Source: Myxococcales bacterium
GTDB taxonomy: Bacteria; Myxococcota_A; Polyangia; Polyangiales; DASUME01
Length of the DNA: 64,000 nucleotides
Direction: 5' to 3'
Assembly (NCBI GenBank): GCA_047601445.1
Contig: JASGJH010000001.1
Coordinates: 5,076,201-5,140,200 of the forward strand
Shown here in pieces: positions 18,489-28,507 of the stretch (its first letter is position 1; every line of letters starts with the position of its first letter). A model generated the notes under the pieces. The model was not told the DNA's origin. It saw only the letters and a program-made list of their open reading frames with translations, and searched no databases. A program made the translations under genes and the position numbers.

Positions 18489-19475
18489 TTACTTCACGTA
18501 GAGAACTTGTTTGACGGCCTTCACGACATGTTCTGCGCGCACCAGCACCTGCTCCTCGAGCGGCAGAGCGTAGGGCATCGGTACGTCGCGCCCGGAGATG
18601 CGCAACACGGGAGCATCGAGAGAGTCGAAGGCCTCGCGCTGCACGAAGTCCACGATTTCGGCGCCCGGGCCGCCATAGGGCCAGTGCTCGTGCACCACCA
18701 CGCAGCGGTTGGTCTTCTGCACGCTCTGGACCACGGTGGCGTGATCGAGCGGACGCAGCGTGCGCGGATCGATGACTTCACACTGGATGCCTTCGCCGGC
18801 CAGCTGCTCCGCCGCTTTCATGGCCTCGTGATAGGCCCGGCCCCAACTCACCACGGTGACGTGTTCGCCCTCGCGCGCAATGCGCGCCTTGCCGAACGGG
18901 ATGAGCTCTTCTTCGCCCTCGTCAGGGACCTCGCCCTTGATGCCGTAGAGCGTCTCGCCTTCGAGGAACACCACGGGGTTGTCTTCGCGGATGGCCGTCT
19001 TGAGCAGGCCCTTGGCGTCGCGCGGAATGGACGGAGCGCACACCCAGAGCCCAGGCACCTGCGCGTAGAAGGTCTCCATGGCGTGGCTGTGCTGGGCGGC
19101 CACCTGGCGCGCGGCACCGTTGGGTCCGCGGAACACGATGGGCACCTTCAGCTTGCCACCGGACATTTGGTACATCTTGGCGGCGTTGTTGAGGATCTGA
19201 TCGAAGGCCACCGCAGAGAAGTTCCAGGTCATGAACTCGATGATGGGTCGCAGGCCCACCATGGCCGCGCCCACGCCGATGCCCGCGAAGCCCGCCTCGG
19301 CGATGGGCGTGTCGATCACGCGCTTCTCGCCGAACAACTCCAGCATGCCTTCGGAGACCTTGTAGGCGCCCTGATAGTGGCCCACCTCTTCGCCCATCAA
19401 GAAAATGCGCGGGTCCCGCTTCATCTCCTCGATCATCGCCTCACGGACCGCGTCGCGATAACGGATGGTGCGCAT
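18489..19475 (-). CDS. pdhB: Pyruvate dehydrogenase E1 beta subunit
   Basis: 328 aa with a typical transketolase-like pyrimidine-binding and C-terminal domain (GEEVG.YQGAYKVS, RVIDTPI.E). Confidence 0.93.
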   Translation of the reverse strand: MRTIRYRDAVREAMIEEMKRDPRIFLMGEEVGHYQGAYKVSEGMLELFGEKRVIDTPIAEAGFAGIGVGAAMVGLRPIIEFMTWNFSAVAFDQILNNAAKMYQMSGGKLKVPIVFRGPNGAARQVAAQHSHAMETFYAQVPGLWVCAPSIPRDAKGLLKTAIREDNPVVFLEGETLYGIKGEVPDEGEEELIPFGKARIAREGEHVTVVSWGRAYHEAMKAAEQLAGEGIQCEVIDPRTLRPLDHATVVQSVQKTNRCVVVHEHWPYGGPGAEIVDFVQREAFDSLDAPVLRISGRDVPMPYALPLEEQVLVRAEHVVKAVKQVLYVK

Positions 19476-19476
19476 C

Positions 19477-20502
19477 TCAGCCCCCCACCTGGTTGCCGTG
19501 GATGCGGCGCGGAGCCTCGGGGTCGCTCAGCACGAAGTCGGGGCTCTTGGCGTAGACCAGCTCGTGCATGGTCTGCTCCGTGGGCGCTGGGCTCTCGTCG
19601 GCGAACTGCACGGCGTCGCGGATCTCTTCCTCCACCGAGTTATCGATGGCCTCCACCTCGGCTGCGGGTACGCCCTCGTCGAGCAGGGTCTTGCGGGCCA
19701 CGCGCACACAGTCCTTTTGCTTGCGAAGCTCCACCTCCTCGGGGGTGCGGTACTTCCCGGGGTCGCTCATGGAGTGGCCACGATAGCGATAGGTGAGGAT
19801 CTCGATCAGGGCCGGTCCCTTGCCCGAACGCGCGTGATCGACGGCCTTCTTGAGCTTGTCGCGCACCTCGAACACATCGGCGGACTGGAAGCGATCGGAA
19901 TACATGCCGTAGCCCGAGGCCTTCAGCGTGATGTCGCGGACGGGCAAGGTGCGCTCGAGCGGGGTGCCCATGGAGTACTCGTTGTTCTCCACGATGAACA
20001 CCGCGGGCAGCTTCCAGAGCGCGGCCAGGGAAAGTGCCTCGTGAAAGCCGCCGATGTTGGTGGCGCCCTCTCCCATGTAGCCGAGACACACCTGGGACTC
20101 TCCCTGGTACTTGATCTTGAAAGCTACGCCCGCCGCCAGCGCCAAGTGACCGCCCACGATGCCGTGACCGCCGAGGAAATTGTGCTCGACGTCGAACATG
20201 TGCATGGAACCGCCCAGGCCGCGCGAACAGCCGGTGTCTTTTCCGAACAGCTCCGCCATGGCCGCGCGCGAGGTCATGCCGCGCGCCAGGGCGTGGCCGT
20301 GATCGCGGTAGGTGGTGATCACGTAGTCTTCGGGGGTCAGGGCATCGGCCGCGCCGACTGCGATGGATTCCTGACCAATGTACAAATGTAAGAAGCCGCC
20401 GATCTTGCCCTGCGCATAGGCACGCGCGGATTCCTCTTCGAAGCGGCGAATCAACCACATCTGCCGGTAGTACCGCTTCAGCTCCTCGAGATTCGTGGCC
20501 AT
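19477..20502 (-). CDS. pdhA: Pyruvate dehydrogenase E1 alpha subunit
   Basis: TPP-binding region GDGATNIG..HEALN-like (GEGATNIGGFHEALSLAA) and YRYRGHSMSDPGKYR. 1-nt gap to pdhB. Confidence 0.93.
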   Translation of the reverse strand: MATNLEELKRYYRQMWLIRRFEEESARAYAQGKIGGFLHLYIGQESIAVGAADALTPEDYVITTYRDHGHALARGMTSRAAMAELFGKDTGCSRGLGGSMHMFDVEHNFLGGHGIVGGHLALAAGVAFKIKYQGESQVCLGYMGEGATNIGGFHEALSLAALWKLPAVFIVENNEYSMGTPLERTLPVRDITLKASGYGMYSDRFQSADVFEVRDKLKKAVDHARSGKGPALIEILTYRYRGHSMSDPGKYRTPEEVELRKQKDCVRVARKTLLDEGVPAAEVEAIDNSVEEEIRDAVQFADESPAPTEQTMHELVYAKSPDFVLSDPEAPRRIHGNQVGG

Positions 20503-20589
20503 CCCTCGAGTATTGCAGAGCTCTTCCGGCAGGTGAGAGCTTAGATCGCAGAATCCTGATGTTTTTTGCGGGTCACTCGTTCACCGAGA

Positions 20590-21810
20590 TCAGTGTGCGC
20601 GGACGCTGCGTACCAACGCGTCCACGGGCACCGTGAGCTGGAGCGCCAGAGTGGAGAACTTGTTCACGAGCGGGTTGCGCAACCAAAAGTCGCTGGTCGC
20701 GAGGCCTCCTGCACAGCCGCCCAGGGCCGACTGTCCGCCGTAGGCCTGATCGTAACAGACCGAAGTCGTCCCCTGTAAAGTGGCGATCAACCACGTGGCC
20801 GGCTGATAGCTGAGGGCCAGCAAGAAGTCGCCGCGTCGACGGATGCGGTTGTCGGGCAGGGCACCCGCCTCATCGACGGTCGTTGGACCGCTGGTGATGT
20901 CGATGGTCGGGGTCTCATCGTGGAAGGCCTTCACCAGGTTCCAGCCGTAGATGTAGTTGAGCTGAAGATTGAGCGTGGTGGTCATGTTGAGCGAGAAGCC
21001 GCTGATCACTCGGAAGGCGTCCTGCACCACGCGATACTGGCCAGCGGTGCAGTCCACCACGGAGTCGCGCGGCAAGCCCGCGCAGCGGGTGGGGTCGCCC
21101 TCACGGATTTCGCGGGTGAGGTTCTGGGACCAGGTGTGCACGTAGGAGCCGCCCAAGCTGAGGGCCAAACCGGCGAGCACATCGAAACTGCGCACCACAC
21201 TGAGCGTGGCACCCGTGCCGGCGATCACGTCGGCCGCCCAGCTCATCTCGGAGGTCGGGACCACCAGGCGAGGACCGCCCGTGAAGGTGAAGCCGCCGAG
21301 GCTACCGAGGTTGCCGATGGCCGTGAGGCGCGTGTCGGAGGACCACAGTTTGTGGCGCTGGGATGCGTCGTCCGGGGGGGTCACCTCGTAGGCTAGGGTC
21401 ACGTCGGCATTGATGGCCCAGCGCTCGTTGATGGAGAGACGCGGGCCCAGATAGAGGCTCAAGGCGTAGTAGCCGTTGTGATAGGGCAGGGTCCGGTACA
21501 GGGGTGCCACGGCCTGGCTGAAGCTCACGATGGTACCGGCCCAACTGGGCCCATCGTCACCGCCGCAGCCCTCGGCCTGCGCGACGGAGGTCTGCCCCTG
21601 TGCCAGCAGCTGATCGCAACGCTCCTGTTTGGCCTTCGCCTCGGCTTTCTTTTCTTGGTCGGTCTGTCCTTCTTGGGCCTTTTCGGAGCTGCTCGCGGAA
21701 GCGCTGCTCTGCGGACCCTGATCGGCCCGCGCTGAAATTGGCGCCGAAACGGCCACCCCGAGACCCCAAACGAGACAGAGCGTCCCCAACCAACTCGCGC
21801 TTCGGACCAA
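20590..21810 (-). CDS. Secreted protein, possible outer-membrane beta-barrel, unknown function
   Basis: TTG 21810 (AGGAGA 7 nt upstream) gives the signal peptide LVRSASWLGTLCLVWGLGVAVSAPISARA. Lys/Glu-rich linker, then alternating-hydrophobic beta-like segments. The longest ORF extends to 21861. Confidence 0.5.
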   Translation of the reverse strand: MVRSASWLGTLCLVWGLGVAVSAPISARADQGPQSSASASSSEKAQEGQTDQEKKAEAKAKQERCDQLLAQGQTSVAQAEGCGGDDGPSWAGTIVSFSQAVAPLYRTLPYHNGYYALSLYLGPRLSINERWAINADVTLAYEVTPPDDASQRHKLWSSDTRLTAIGNLGSLGGFTFTGGPRLVVPTSEMSWAADVIAGTGATLSVVRSFDVLAGLALSLGGSYVHTWSQNLTREIREGDPTRCAGLPRDSVVDCTAGQYRVVQDAFRVISGFSLNMTTTLNLQLNYIYGWNLVKAFHDETPTIDITSGPTTVDEAGALPDNRIRRRGDFLLALSYQPATWLIATLQGTTSVCYDQAYGGQSALGGCAGGLATSDFWLRNPLVNKFSTLALQLTVPVDALVRSVRAH

Positions 21811-22086
21811 CGTGAATTCTCCTGCCCCACCTGCGTGCCACAGCTGCAGGGCTCGCCACAAGGGGGGGTATAGCCGATTCGTTTTTCACGGGAGGGCACG
21901 CGCCCTCCCCGCCCAGCGCGGCAAAGCGGCGCTGGGCGGCCACCCCGCAGCGAGGTTCGCTCCGCTCACGGTGCACTCGCGTCTCCTGGGAAGCACACCG
22001 GTCCAGCGCCTGGCCCGATTTAGAAATGGATTCCTCGGCCTCCAGATTGAACCAACCCGCCCGAGAGCGTACCGTGGGCGCCGACG

Positions 22087-23424
22087 ATGGCGCTTTTTCG
22101 GGTGTTGATGAACGTGGTGCGCGGCCTCTGGGTCGGCCTCGTGGTGTTCGGCTTCGCTTGCTACTACGGCCTAGCCAAGCTGCGGCTGTCGCTGATCCGC
22201 GACGCCACGCGTCACCGCGCCGCCCTGGCCACCCTGCAGGGGTCGTTGCTGCGTCGGGCCATGGGCATGCTGGGCGCGTGCTTCGTGAAGCTGGGCCAGG
22301 TGATGAGCTCACGCCCCGATCTGTTCGAGCCGAACATGATCGCCGAGCTGCGCTTGCTGCAGGACAAGCTGCCGCCGTTCGCCTTCGGCGAGGTGCGCAG
22401 CGCCGTGGAGAAGCAACTCGGCAAGGGCATCCAGGAGGTGTTCTCCGAGTTCGACGAAGCACCCGTGGCTGCGGCCAGCGTGGCCCAGGTGCACCGCGCG
22501 CGCCTCAAGGACGGCAGTGAGGTGGCGGTCAAGGTGCTGCGACCCAACGTGCGGTCCCAGGTGGAACGCGACGGCACGCTGCTCACGCTGGGCGCCAAGG
22601 CGATGGCGCTGCACCCGGTGATCCGACTGTCCGACCCGGTGGGTTTCACCGAAGAGTTCGTGCGTGGCCTGGTGCGCCAGACCGACCTGGCCATCGAGGC
22701 ACAGAACTACGACCAGTTCCGGCAGAACTTTGCGGCCGACGCGCGCATCGCCTTCCCCAAGATCTACGGCGAGCTCTCGGGCGAGCGCGTGTTGGTGATG
22801 GAGTTCGTGCGCGGCACCAAGCTCGACGCCCTCCCCGCCGGCGGCGACCACCGCGCGGTGTCGGCCGCGCTGCGCGAGGCCACCATGAAGATGTGCTTCG
22901 TGGATGGCTTCATGCACGCCGACATGCACCCGGGAAACATGGTGCAGCGCGCAGACGGAGTGCTCGTGCTGTTCGACGTGGGCCTCGCTACCAAGCTGCG
23001 CCCCGAGGTGCTCGAGATGTTCGTCGACCTGGTGAAGTGCATCGCCATGGGCAGCCCCGACGACATGATCACGCACCTCAAGACCTACCATAAGTACGTG
23101 GGCAACGTGGACTGGGACGCCATGCGCAAGGACCTCGAGGCCTTTGGAAAGACGTTCCGAAAGCAGGACGTGGCGCAGCTGGACTACGGCGAGATGACGG
23201 GCGCCATCCTCGCCATCGGCCGTCGCTACCACGTGCACCCGATCCCGGAGCTGTCGCTCGTGATCGTGGGCACCGTTACCGTGCAGGGCATCGGCAAGAT
23301 GCTCGCGCCAGAGATCAACGACTTCCAGGAGATGTCGAAGTTCTTGATCCCGGTCCTGATGAAGATGGGACAGAAGGTGCCCGACACGGCCGAGGCCAAG
23401 CGCGCGCAGCGCTCCTTGGGCTGA
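22087..23424 (+). CDS. ABC1/UbiB-family atypical kinase
   Basis: N-terminal TM helix, KLGQ..S.RPDL, AAASVAQVHRARLKDGSEVAVKVLRP, HADMHPGN. Confidence 0.88.
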   Translation: MALFRVLMNVVRGLWVGLVVFGFACYYGLAKLRLSLIRDATRHRAALATLQGSLLRRAMGMLGACFVKLGQVMSSRPDLFEPNMIAELRLLQDKLPPFAFGEVRSAVEKQLGKGIQEVFSEFDEAPVAAASVAQVHRARLKDGSEVAVKVLRPNVRSQVERDGTLLTLGAKAMALHPVIRLSDPVGFTEEFVRGLVRQTDLAIEAQNYDQFRQNFAADARIAFPKIYGELSGERVLVMEFVRGTKLDALPAGGDHRAVSAALREATMKMCFVDGFMHADMHPGNMVQRADGVLVLFDVGLATKLRPEVLEMFVDLVKCIAMGSPDDMITHLKTYHKYVGNVDWDAMRKDLEAFGKTFRKQDVAQLDYGEMTGAILAIGRRYHVHPIPELSLVIVGTVTVQGIGKMLAPEINDFQEMSKFLIPVLMKMGQKVPDTAEAKRAQRSLG

Positions 23425-23447
23425 GGCGGGGAGGTCGCGTGACCTCC
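23425..23447. repeat. Copy 1 of a 23-nt repeat GGCGGGGAGGTCGCGTGACCTCC (contains hairpin GGAGGTC-GCGT-GACCTCC)
   Basis: Read directly. Starts 1 nt after the TGA of the ABC1 kinase gene and is identical to 23534..23556. Confidence 0.9.
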
Positions 23448-23536
23448 ACGTGAACAAACCCATCAAGCAAGCCACTGCGTGAGCGAAGCGAACCTCGCGG
23501 TGGGGTGGGTCCCGGCGCGGCTTGGCCGCGACGGGC

Positions 23537-23563
23537 GGGGAGGTCGCGTGACCTCCCCGTTTT
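23537..23563 (+). terminator. Copy 2 of the repeat, extended to a 9-bp stem GGGGAGGTC/GACCTCCCC, loop GCGT, followed by GTTTT: intrinsic-terminator-like hairpin
   Basis: Read directly. Lies 93 nt upstream of the copA ATG. Its role as terminator, attenuator or operator is undecided. Confidence 0.45.
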
Positions 23564-23655
23564 ACCAACGCACCTTTTTCGCCGGCCTGGGGTCATGGGC
23601 AGGGTGTAAGGTCAGGGGGTTCTGTGCGTCTTCCTTGCAGAGGAGACCCAGCCCC

Positions 23656-26166
23656 ATGACTGACGCTTCTGCTTCCGGTGCCTCCAACTCCGCCAACGCT
23701 CACGCGATCGATCCGATCTGCGGCATGCGCGTGGACAAGGAGCGCCCGCGCGGGGGCAGCTTCGAATACCAGGGCAAGCAGTACTTCTTCTGCTCGGTGT
23801 CGTGTAGGGCCAAGTTCAGCGGCGATCCCGAGGCCTACCTGAGCCGGCGCTCGTCCACGCCAGGGCCATCTTCCAATGCCCATGCCGGCGATGGGCATTC
23901 CCACGTGGCCCCGCTCGGCTCAATCCGCGACTCCCGCTCGAGCGCCTCGCGAGACTCGGCGCCAGGCCCGAGCACACCCGCTGCCCGCTCGAGCTTCGCG
24001 CCCGCGAGCGTGCGCTACTTCTGCCCCATGCACCCGGAGGTGGTGCGCCCGGGACCCGACCACTGCCCGGAGTGCGGCATGGCACTCGAGCCCATGGACG
24101 GCGCGCCGCCAGAGGAGAACGCCGAGCTTCGCAGCATGGAGCGGCGGCTGTGGCCGTGCGTGCTCTTGAGCTTGCCGGTGCTCGTCTTATCGATGGGGCC
24201 CATGGTGCCAGGCCTGTCGGGCCTCGGTTGGCCTTCAGCGATCACCTCGGGCTGGATTCAGGCAGCGCTCGCGACGCCGGTCGTGCTGTGGGGCGCGGCA
24301 CCCTTTTTCGTGCGCGCCTGGCAAGCGCTGCTGCACAAGCGCAGCAACATGTTCACGCTGATCGGCCTGGGCACCGCGGCGGCCTTTGCCTTCAGCTGGC
24401 TGGTGCTGTTGTTCCCGGAGACCTTCGGTCATCTGGCCGGCGCCCATGACGTTTTGCTCGCGGGCGGACCCGCCCGCTTCGACCACGAGCTCCCGCTGTA
24501 CTTCGAGGCAGCGGCCGTGATCACCAGCTTGGTGATCGTGGGCCAGGTCCTCGAGCTGCGAGCCCGCGAGCAGACCTCCGATGCCATCCGTAGCTTGCTC
24601 GAGTTGGCGCCCCCCGTGGCGCACCGCATCGTCGAGGCGCAGAACCAGCCGGAGCACGAAGAAGAGGTGTCACTCGCCGCGGTGCAGGTGGGCGACAAGC
24701 TGCGTGTGCGGCCGGGCGAGCGAGTCCCGGTGGATGGCGTGGTGCTCGAGGGCAAGAGCTCGGTGGACGAGTCGATGGTCACCGGCGAAGCCATTCCGCT
24801 CGAGAAATCCAGGGGCGAGAAGCTGGTGGGCGGCACGCTCAACGGCACCGGTAGCCTGGTGATGCGGGCCGAGCATGTGGGAGAGGACACGCTGCTCGGG
24901 CAAATCGTGCGCTTGGTGGTGCAGGCGCGTCAGAGTCGTGCGCCCGTACAGCAGTTGGCCGACCGCGCGAGCGCGTGGCTGGTGCCGAGCGTGATGGGCG
25001 TGGCCGTGTTGACCGCGCTCGGCTGGATGGTGTGGGGACCCGAGCCCAACCTCGTGCACGCGCTGGCCAGCGCCGTCTCGGTGCTGATCATCGCGTGCCC
25101 GTGCGCGCTGGGCCTCGCCACACCGATGTCTCTGATGGTGGGGCTCGGTCGGGGCGCTCAGGTGGGCGTGCTGATCAAGAGCGCGGAGGCCCTCGAGGGC
25201 CTGGCCAAGGTCGACACACTGGTGGTGGACAAGACGGGCACGCTCACCGAAGGCAAGCCGCGCGTGGTGAGTGTGCTGCCTGCCGCGGAGTCGAACGAGG
25301 ACGAGATGCTGGCGTTGGCCGCGGGCCTCGAGAAAGCCAGCGAACATCCGCTCGCGCACGCCATCCTGGTGCGGGCGCAGGCTCGACGGGTAACGCCACC
25401 CAAGGTGCACGAATTCCAGGCGCTGGTGGGGCGCGGCGTGGTGGGACACGTAGCCGGTCGCCCGATCGCGCTGGGCACCTCGGAGCTGATGACCGAGATT
25501 GGCATCCGCGACCATGACTGGGACGAGCGCGCCGAGCCGCTGCGCGGCCAGGGCCAAACGGTGTTGTTCTTGGCGGCCGACGGGAAGGTGCTCGGGCTGT
25601 TCGGCATCACCGACCCCATCAAGCACAGCACCCGCGAGGCGATCGGCCTGTTGCGTGATGCGGGCCTGCAAATTGTGATGGCCACCGGCGACCATGCGCG
25701 TAACGCCCAGCGGGTAGCCGACGACTTGGGCATCGAGATCGTGGCTGCCCAGTTGCTGCCGGAGGCCAAGCTGGCCCTCGTCAACGAGCTGAAGCAAAAG
25801 GGCCACGTGGTTGCCATGGCTGGCGACGGGGTGAACGATGCACCCGCATTGGCCGCCGCGGACGTGAGTCTGGCGATGGGCAAGGGCAGCGATGTGGCGC
25901 TTGCGAACGCACACATTACGCTGGTGAAGGGAGACCTGCGCGGGATCGCCAAGGCGCGCCTCCTGGCCCTCGCGACCATGGCAAATATCCGCCAAAACCT
26001 GCTGTTTGCCTTTGCGTACAACCTGCTCGGTGTGCCCCTCGCGGCGGGTGTTTTGTACCCTGTGTTCGGCGTGCTCCTGAGTCCGATGATCGCGAGCGCC
26101 GCGATGAGCCTGAGCTCGGTATCGGTGGTGGCCAACGCCCTGCGTCTACGGAAGCTCGAGCTGTAG
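23656..26166 (+). CDS. copA: Copper-translocating P1B-type ATPase
   Basis: ATG 23656 with AGGAGA 10 nt upstream. N-terminal YHS/TRASH-like [20 protein letters not shown] and a second CPMHPEV..CPECGM module. CPC in [33 protein letters not shown]. Confidence 0.93.
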   Translation: MTDASASGASNSANAHAIDPICGMRVDKERPRGGSFEYQGKQYFFCSVSCRAKFSGDPEAYLSRRSSTPGPSSNAHAGDGHSHVAPLGSIRDSRSSASRDSAPGPSTPAARSSFAPASVRYFCPMHPEVVRPGPDHCPECGMALEPMDGAPPEENAELRSMERRLWPCVLLSLPVLVLSMGPMVPGLSGLGWPSAITSGWIQAALATPVVLWGAAPFFVRAWQALLHKRSNMFTLIGLGTAAAFAFSWLVLLFPETFGHLAGAHDVLLAGGPARFDHELPLYFEAAAVITSLVIVGQVLELRAREQTSDAIRSLLELAPPVAHRIVEAQNQPEHEEEVSLAAVQVGDKLRVRPGERVPVDGVVLEGKSSVDESMVTGEAIPLEKSRGEKLVGGTLNGTGSLVMRAEHVGEDTLLGQIVRLVVQARQSRAPVQQLADRASAWLVPSVMGVAVLTALGWMVWGPEPNLVHALASAVSVLIIACPCALGLATPMSLMVGLGRGAQVGVLIKSAEALEGLAKVDTLVVDKTGTLTEGKPRVVSVLPAAESNEDEMLALAAGLEKASEHPLAHAILVRAQARRVTPPKVHEFQALVGRGVVGHVAGRPIALGTSELMTEIGIRDHDWDERAEPLRGQGQTVLFLAADGKVLGLFGITDPIKHSTREAIGLLRDAGLQIVMATGDHARNAQRVADDLGIEIVAAQLLPEAKLALVNELKQKGHVVAMAGDGVNDAPALAAADVSLAMGKGSDVALANAHITLVKGDLRGIAKARLLALATMANIRQNLLFAFAYNLLGVPLAAGVLYPVFGVLLSPMIASAAMSLSSVSVVANALRLRKLEL

Positions 26167-26336
26167 CCAGGGCTGTCGTCAGGAAAAGCACGCCCGCCCT
26201 TTTGGCTGGTCAGATCGAGTGCTAGGACCTGGCCCGATAGTTCGCTGGCGGAGACGCCGGCACACCTTCGTCAGGGCGCGCGAGCTCGCGCGCACGGCCA
26301 GCGCCTTCGAGGCGCTCAGAGTAGAGGTCCTTCACG

Positions 26337-27371
26337 ATGTTCCGATCTACTTTTCCTCTGTCCATCGTCCTGATTGGTTCCCTCCTGCCCGGCTGCAACG
26401 TGGGTCGCATCGCGGCCAACTCCTCCACCAAGGTGGCGGAAGCGGGCTCCGAAGGCATCAACGGCTTCTGGGACTACGAGATCTTCGGCCAAGCCGTGCC
26501 GGGCGCCATTCTGCAGAGCGAGGCGCTGGTGCGCTCGAGCCCGAACAACGAGGACCTCCTGCTCGGCCTCGCCAAGAGCTACGTCTCCTACGCCTACGGA
26601 TGGGTGCAGGACGACTGGGAACAGGCCGACGACAAGGGCGACTTCGAGAAGGCCGACCGACTCGAGCAGCGCGTGATGCTGCTGTACAAGCGCGCGGCTC
26701 AGCTGGGCCTGCGTGCGACCCACGCACGCGACGGGGGCGGCCAGCTACGCGAGAAGCTCAAGGCGCGCGACCTGCCGGCGCTCAAGACCTACCTGAGCCA
26801 GAACTTCACCAACAAGGAAGACGCCGCCGCGCTCTACTGGGCAGGCCTGGCCTGGGGTTCGCAAATGGCGAACTCGGGCGGCTCGGTGGCCGACCTGGCC
26901 GATGCTCCGGTGGCGCGCACGCTGCTCGAGCGCAGCGTGGAGCTCGACCCCGGTTACGCTGACGCGGGGGCTCTGGGTGTGCTCGGTACGGTGGAGGCTT
27001 CCTTCCCCGAGCTATTCGGCGGCAACCTCGAGAAGGCCAAGGGCTACTACGAGCGCGCACTCGAGGTGTGCAATCGTCGCAATCACTTGATCCTGCTGAG
27101 CTACGCCAAGACCTACGCGGTGGCCAAGCAAGACCGTGCGCTGTTCGTCGAGCTGCTCATGGAGATCTTGAACGCCCCAGATCAGGGCTCGGACATCCGC
27201 ATGGTCAACAAGGTCGCGCGCCATCGTGCCGAGCGGTACATCAAGAAGGTCGACGACTGGTTCGACCCGGCGCTGCCCCCCGAGCCGGCCGAGGAGGCGC
27301 CCGAAGAGGCGCCGCAGCCCGAGGGCAAGGGCCCGGAGAACTTGCCCCAGGCCACCGCCCAGGGGCACTAA
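26337..27371 (+). CDS. TatT-like TPR lipoprotein (TRAP transporter TatT component family)
   Basis: Signal peptide plus lipobox LLPGC. Helical-repeat body with LYWAGLAWG, ELDPGY..GALGVLG, GGNLEKAKGYYERAL. No TRAP permease genes nearby. Confidence 0.6.
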   Translation: MFRSTFPLSIVLIGSLLPGCNVGRIAANSSTKVAEAGSEGINGFWDYEIFGQAVPGAILQSEALVRSSPNNEDLLLGLAKSYVSYAYGWVQDDWEQADDKGDFEKADRLEQRVMLLYKRAAQLGLRATHARDGGGQLREKLKARDLPALKTYLSQNFTNKEDAAALYWAGLAWGSQMANSGGSVADLADAPVARTLLERSVELDPGYADAGALGVLGTVEASFPELFGGNLEKAKGYYERALEVCNRRNHLILLSYAKTYAVAKQDRALFVELLMEILNAPDQGSDIRMVNKVARHRAERYIKKVDDWFDPALPPEPAEEAPEEAPQPEGKGPENLPQATAQGH

Positions 27372-27415
27372 CCAACGAAATTCGTGGTCGACCAGCGTGG
27401 GATCTACGACTCGGC

Positions 27416-28141
27416 TCACAACGAGCTGCGATGCCCAGGCGTCTTGCTCGCCCGCTTGAGCTCCGAGCGCAGGTCATTCGGCAGCGCCACGTGGGCCTGG
27501 CGCAGGCACGCGAGGTCCTGGGAGCGCTCGGCCATCAGAACCTCGAGAAACTCCGGCGCCGTGGTCACGCGTGAAGGCACCACGTGCCCTTCGCCGCAGC
27601 TCAAGTCGGCCGCCGCGCGGAACACGGGCTTGAGCGCCGCGTTCAAGCCGCTGTCCAGGAACTCCTGGATCTTGGCGCCGTTGCCCACGTGCTGATCGAT
27701 GGCGCGCTTGACCATGAAGCAAATCGGGCCGTCGACCTCGCAACGACTCACGCTTCGGCGCATGCCCGCGTAGGTCAGGCGCAGGCTCTGCGCGACGATC
27801 TCGGGCTTGATCCGCACCGTCACGCTGACGATCTTGTCTTCGACCCAGGGCACCTCGACCACGCCCTCGCTCTTGATCTCGATCAAGTTCTTGTGTGGAA
27901 GATGTCGGATCGACGACTTCTTCACCGTGAAGCGCGGGTCTTGCTCGTAGGGCAAGAGCAGCGCGCTCGCACGATCGACCTGATCCTCCACCACGCCGCG
28001 CCCGAGCCGCAGCGAAGCCGTACCGCGACTGGCCACCCAGACGGCCGCGGCCGACTGCGTCCCCACGGATTGCGCATGCGCCGCATCCGAGAGCGACACC
28101 AGCGACAGCGCACACAACCACACGCGCCATGCCTTCGTCAT
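27416..28141 (-). CDS. Secreted hypothetical protein
   Basis: ATG 28141 gives MTKAWRVWLCALSLVSLSDAAHAQ (signal peptide). No recognisable motif. Confidence 0.5.
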   Translation of the reverse strand: MTKAWRVWLCALSLVSLSDAAHAQSVGTQSAAAVWVASRGTASLRLGRGVVEDQVDRASALLLPYEQDPRFTVKKSSIRHLPHKNLIEIKSEGVVEVPWVEDKIVSVTVRIKPEIVAQSLRLTYAGMRRSVSRCEVDGPICFMVKRAIDQHVGNGAKIQEFLDSGLNAALKPVFRAAADLSCGEGHVVPSRVTTAPEFLEVLMAERSQDLACLRQAHVALPNDLRSELKRASKTPGHRSSL

Positions 28142-28507
28142 CGCGAACTCCCCCAGGAATCCTCGCGAGTCCCGTGAGCAGCGCGCCCGCGCTGCCACGC
28201 TCGCAGTGCCTCCCCAAGCACACGTTCGGCAACGAAGAGCAACGCTTGTGCCAGGTAATCCGGGTTACGAGCGATGTCGTGCTTGGGAGCGGGATCAGGC
28301 AACTTCCGGGCGCCCCTCGCGAGTTCGTGCGCGACCTTGGCCCCTGCGTTCTGCGTGGCAGCCCTGCTCGCAGTGCTCGCCCGATTCGCCGCAGCGCTCA
28401 ACAGCGCACAAGGTCAAACCTGCAGTTCCGTGAGGATCGTGCGCTTTCGCGCGCCGCAAGTAGCATTGGGGTCCGTCCTCGATGACGTGTGCCCTGGAGT
28501 GAGCTCG

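Noticed and set aside
23425-23563. Interpreting the duplicated palindrome as a CueR/CsoR/CopY operator.
   Set aside because: The sequence does not resemble the operator consensus I know for those families, and no metalloregulator gene is adjacent. It is reported only as an unexplained repeat.
23479-23655. N-terminal extension of the copA ORF (start at 23479).
   Set aside because: The extension is Arg/Gly-rich, includes the terminator-like hairpin repeat, and has no family similarity. ATG 23656 has a good AGGAGA RBS and starts right before the YHS module.
27372-27415. TGGTCGACCA palindrome between convergent genes as a bidirectional terminator.
   Set aside because: It is a 10-bp palindrome with no loop and no flanking T/A runs, which is too weak to call.
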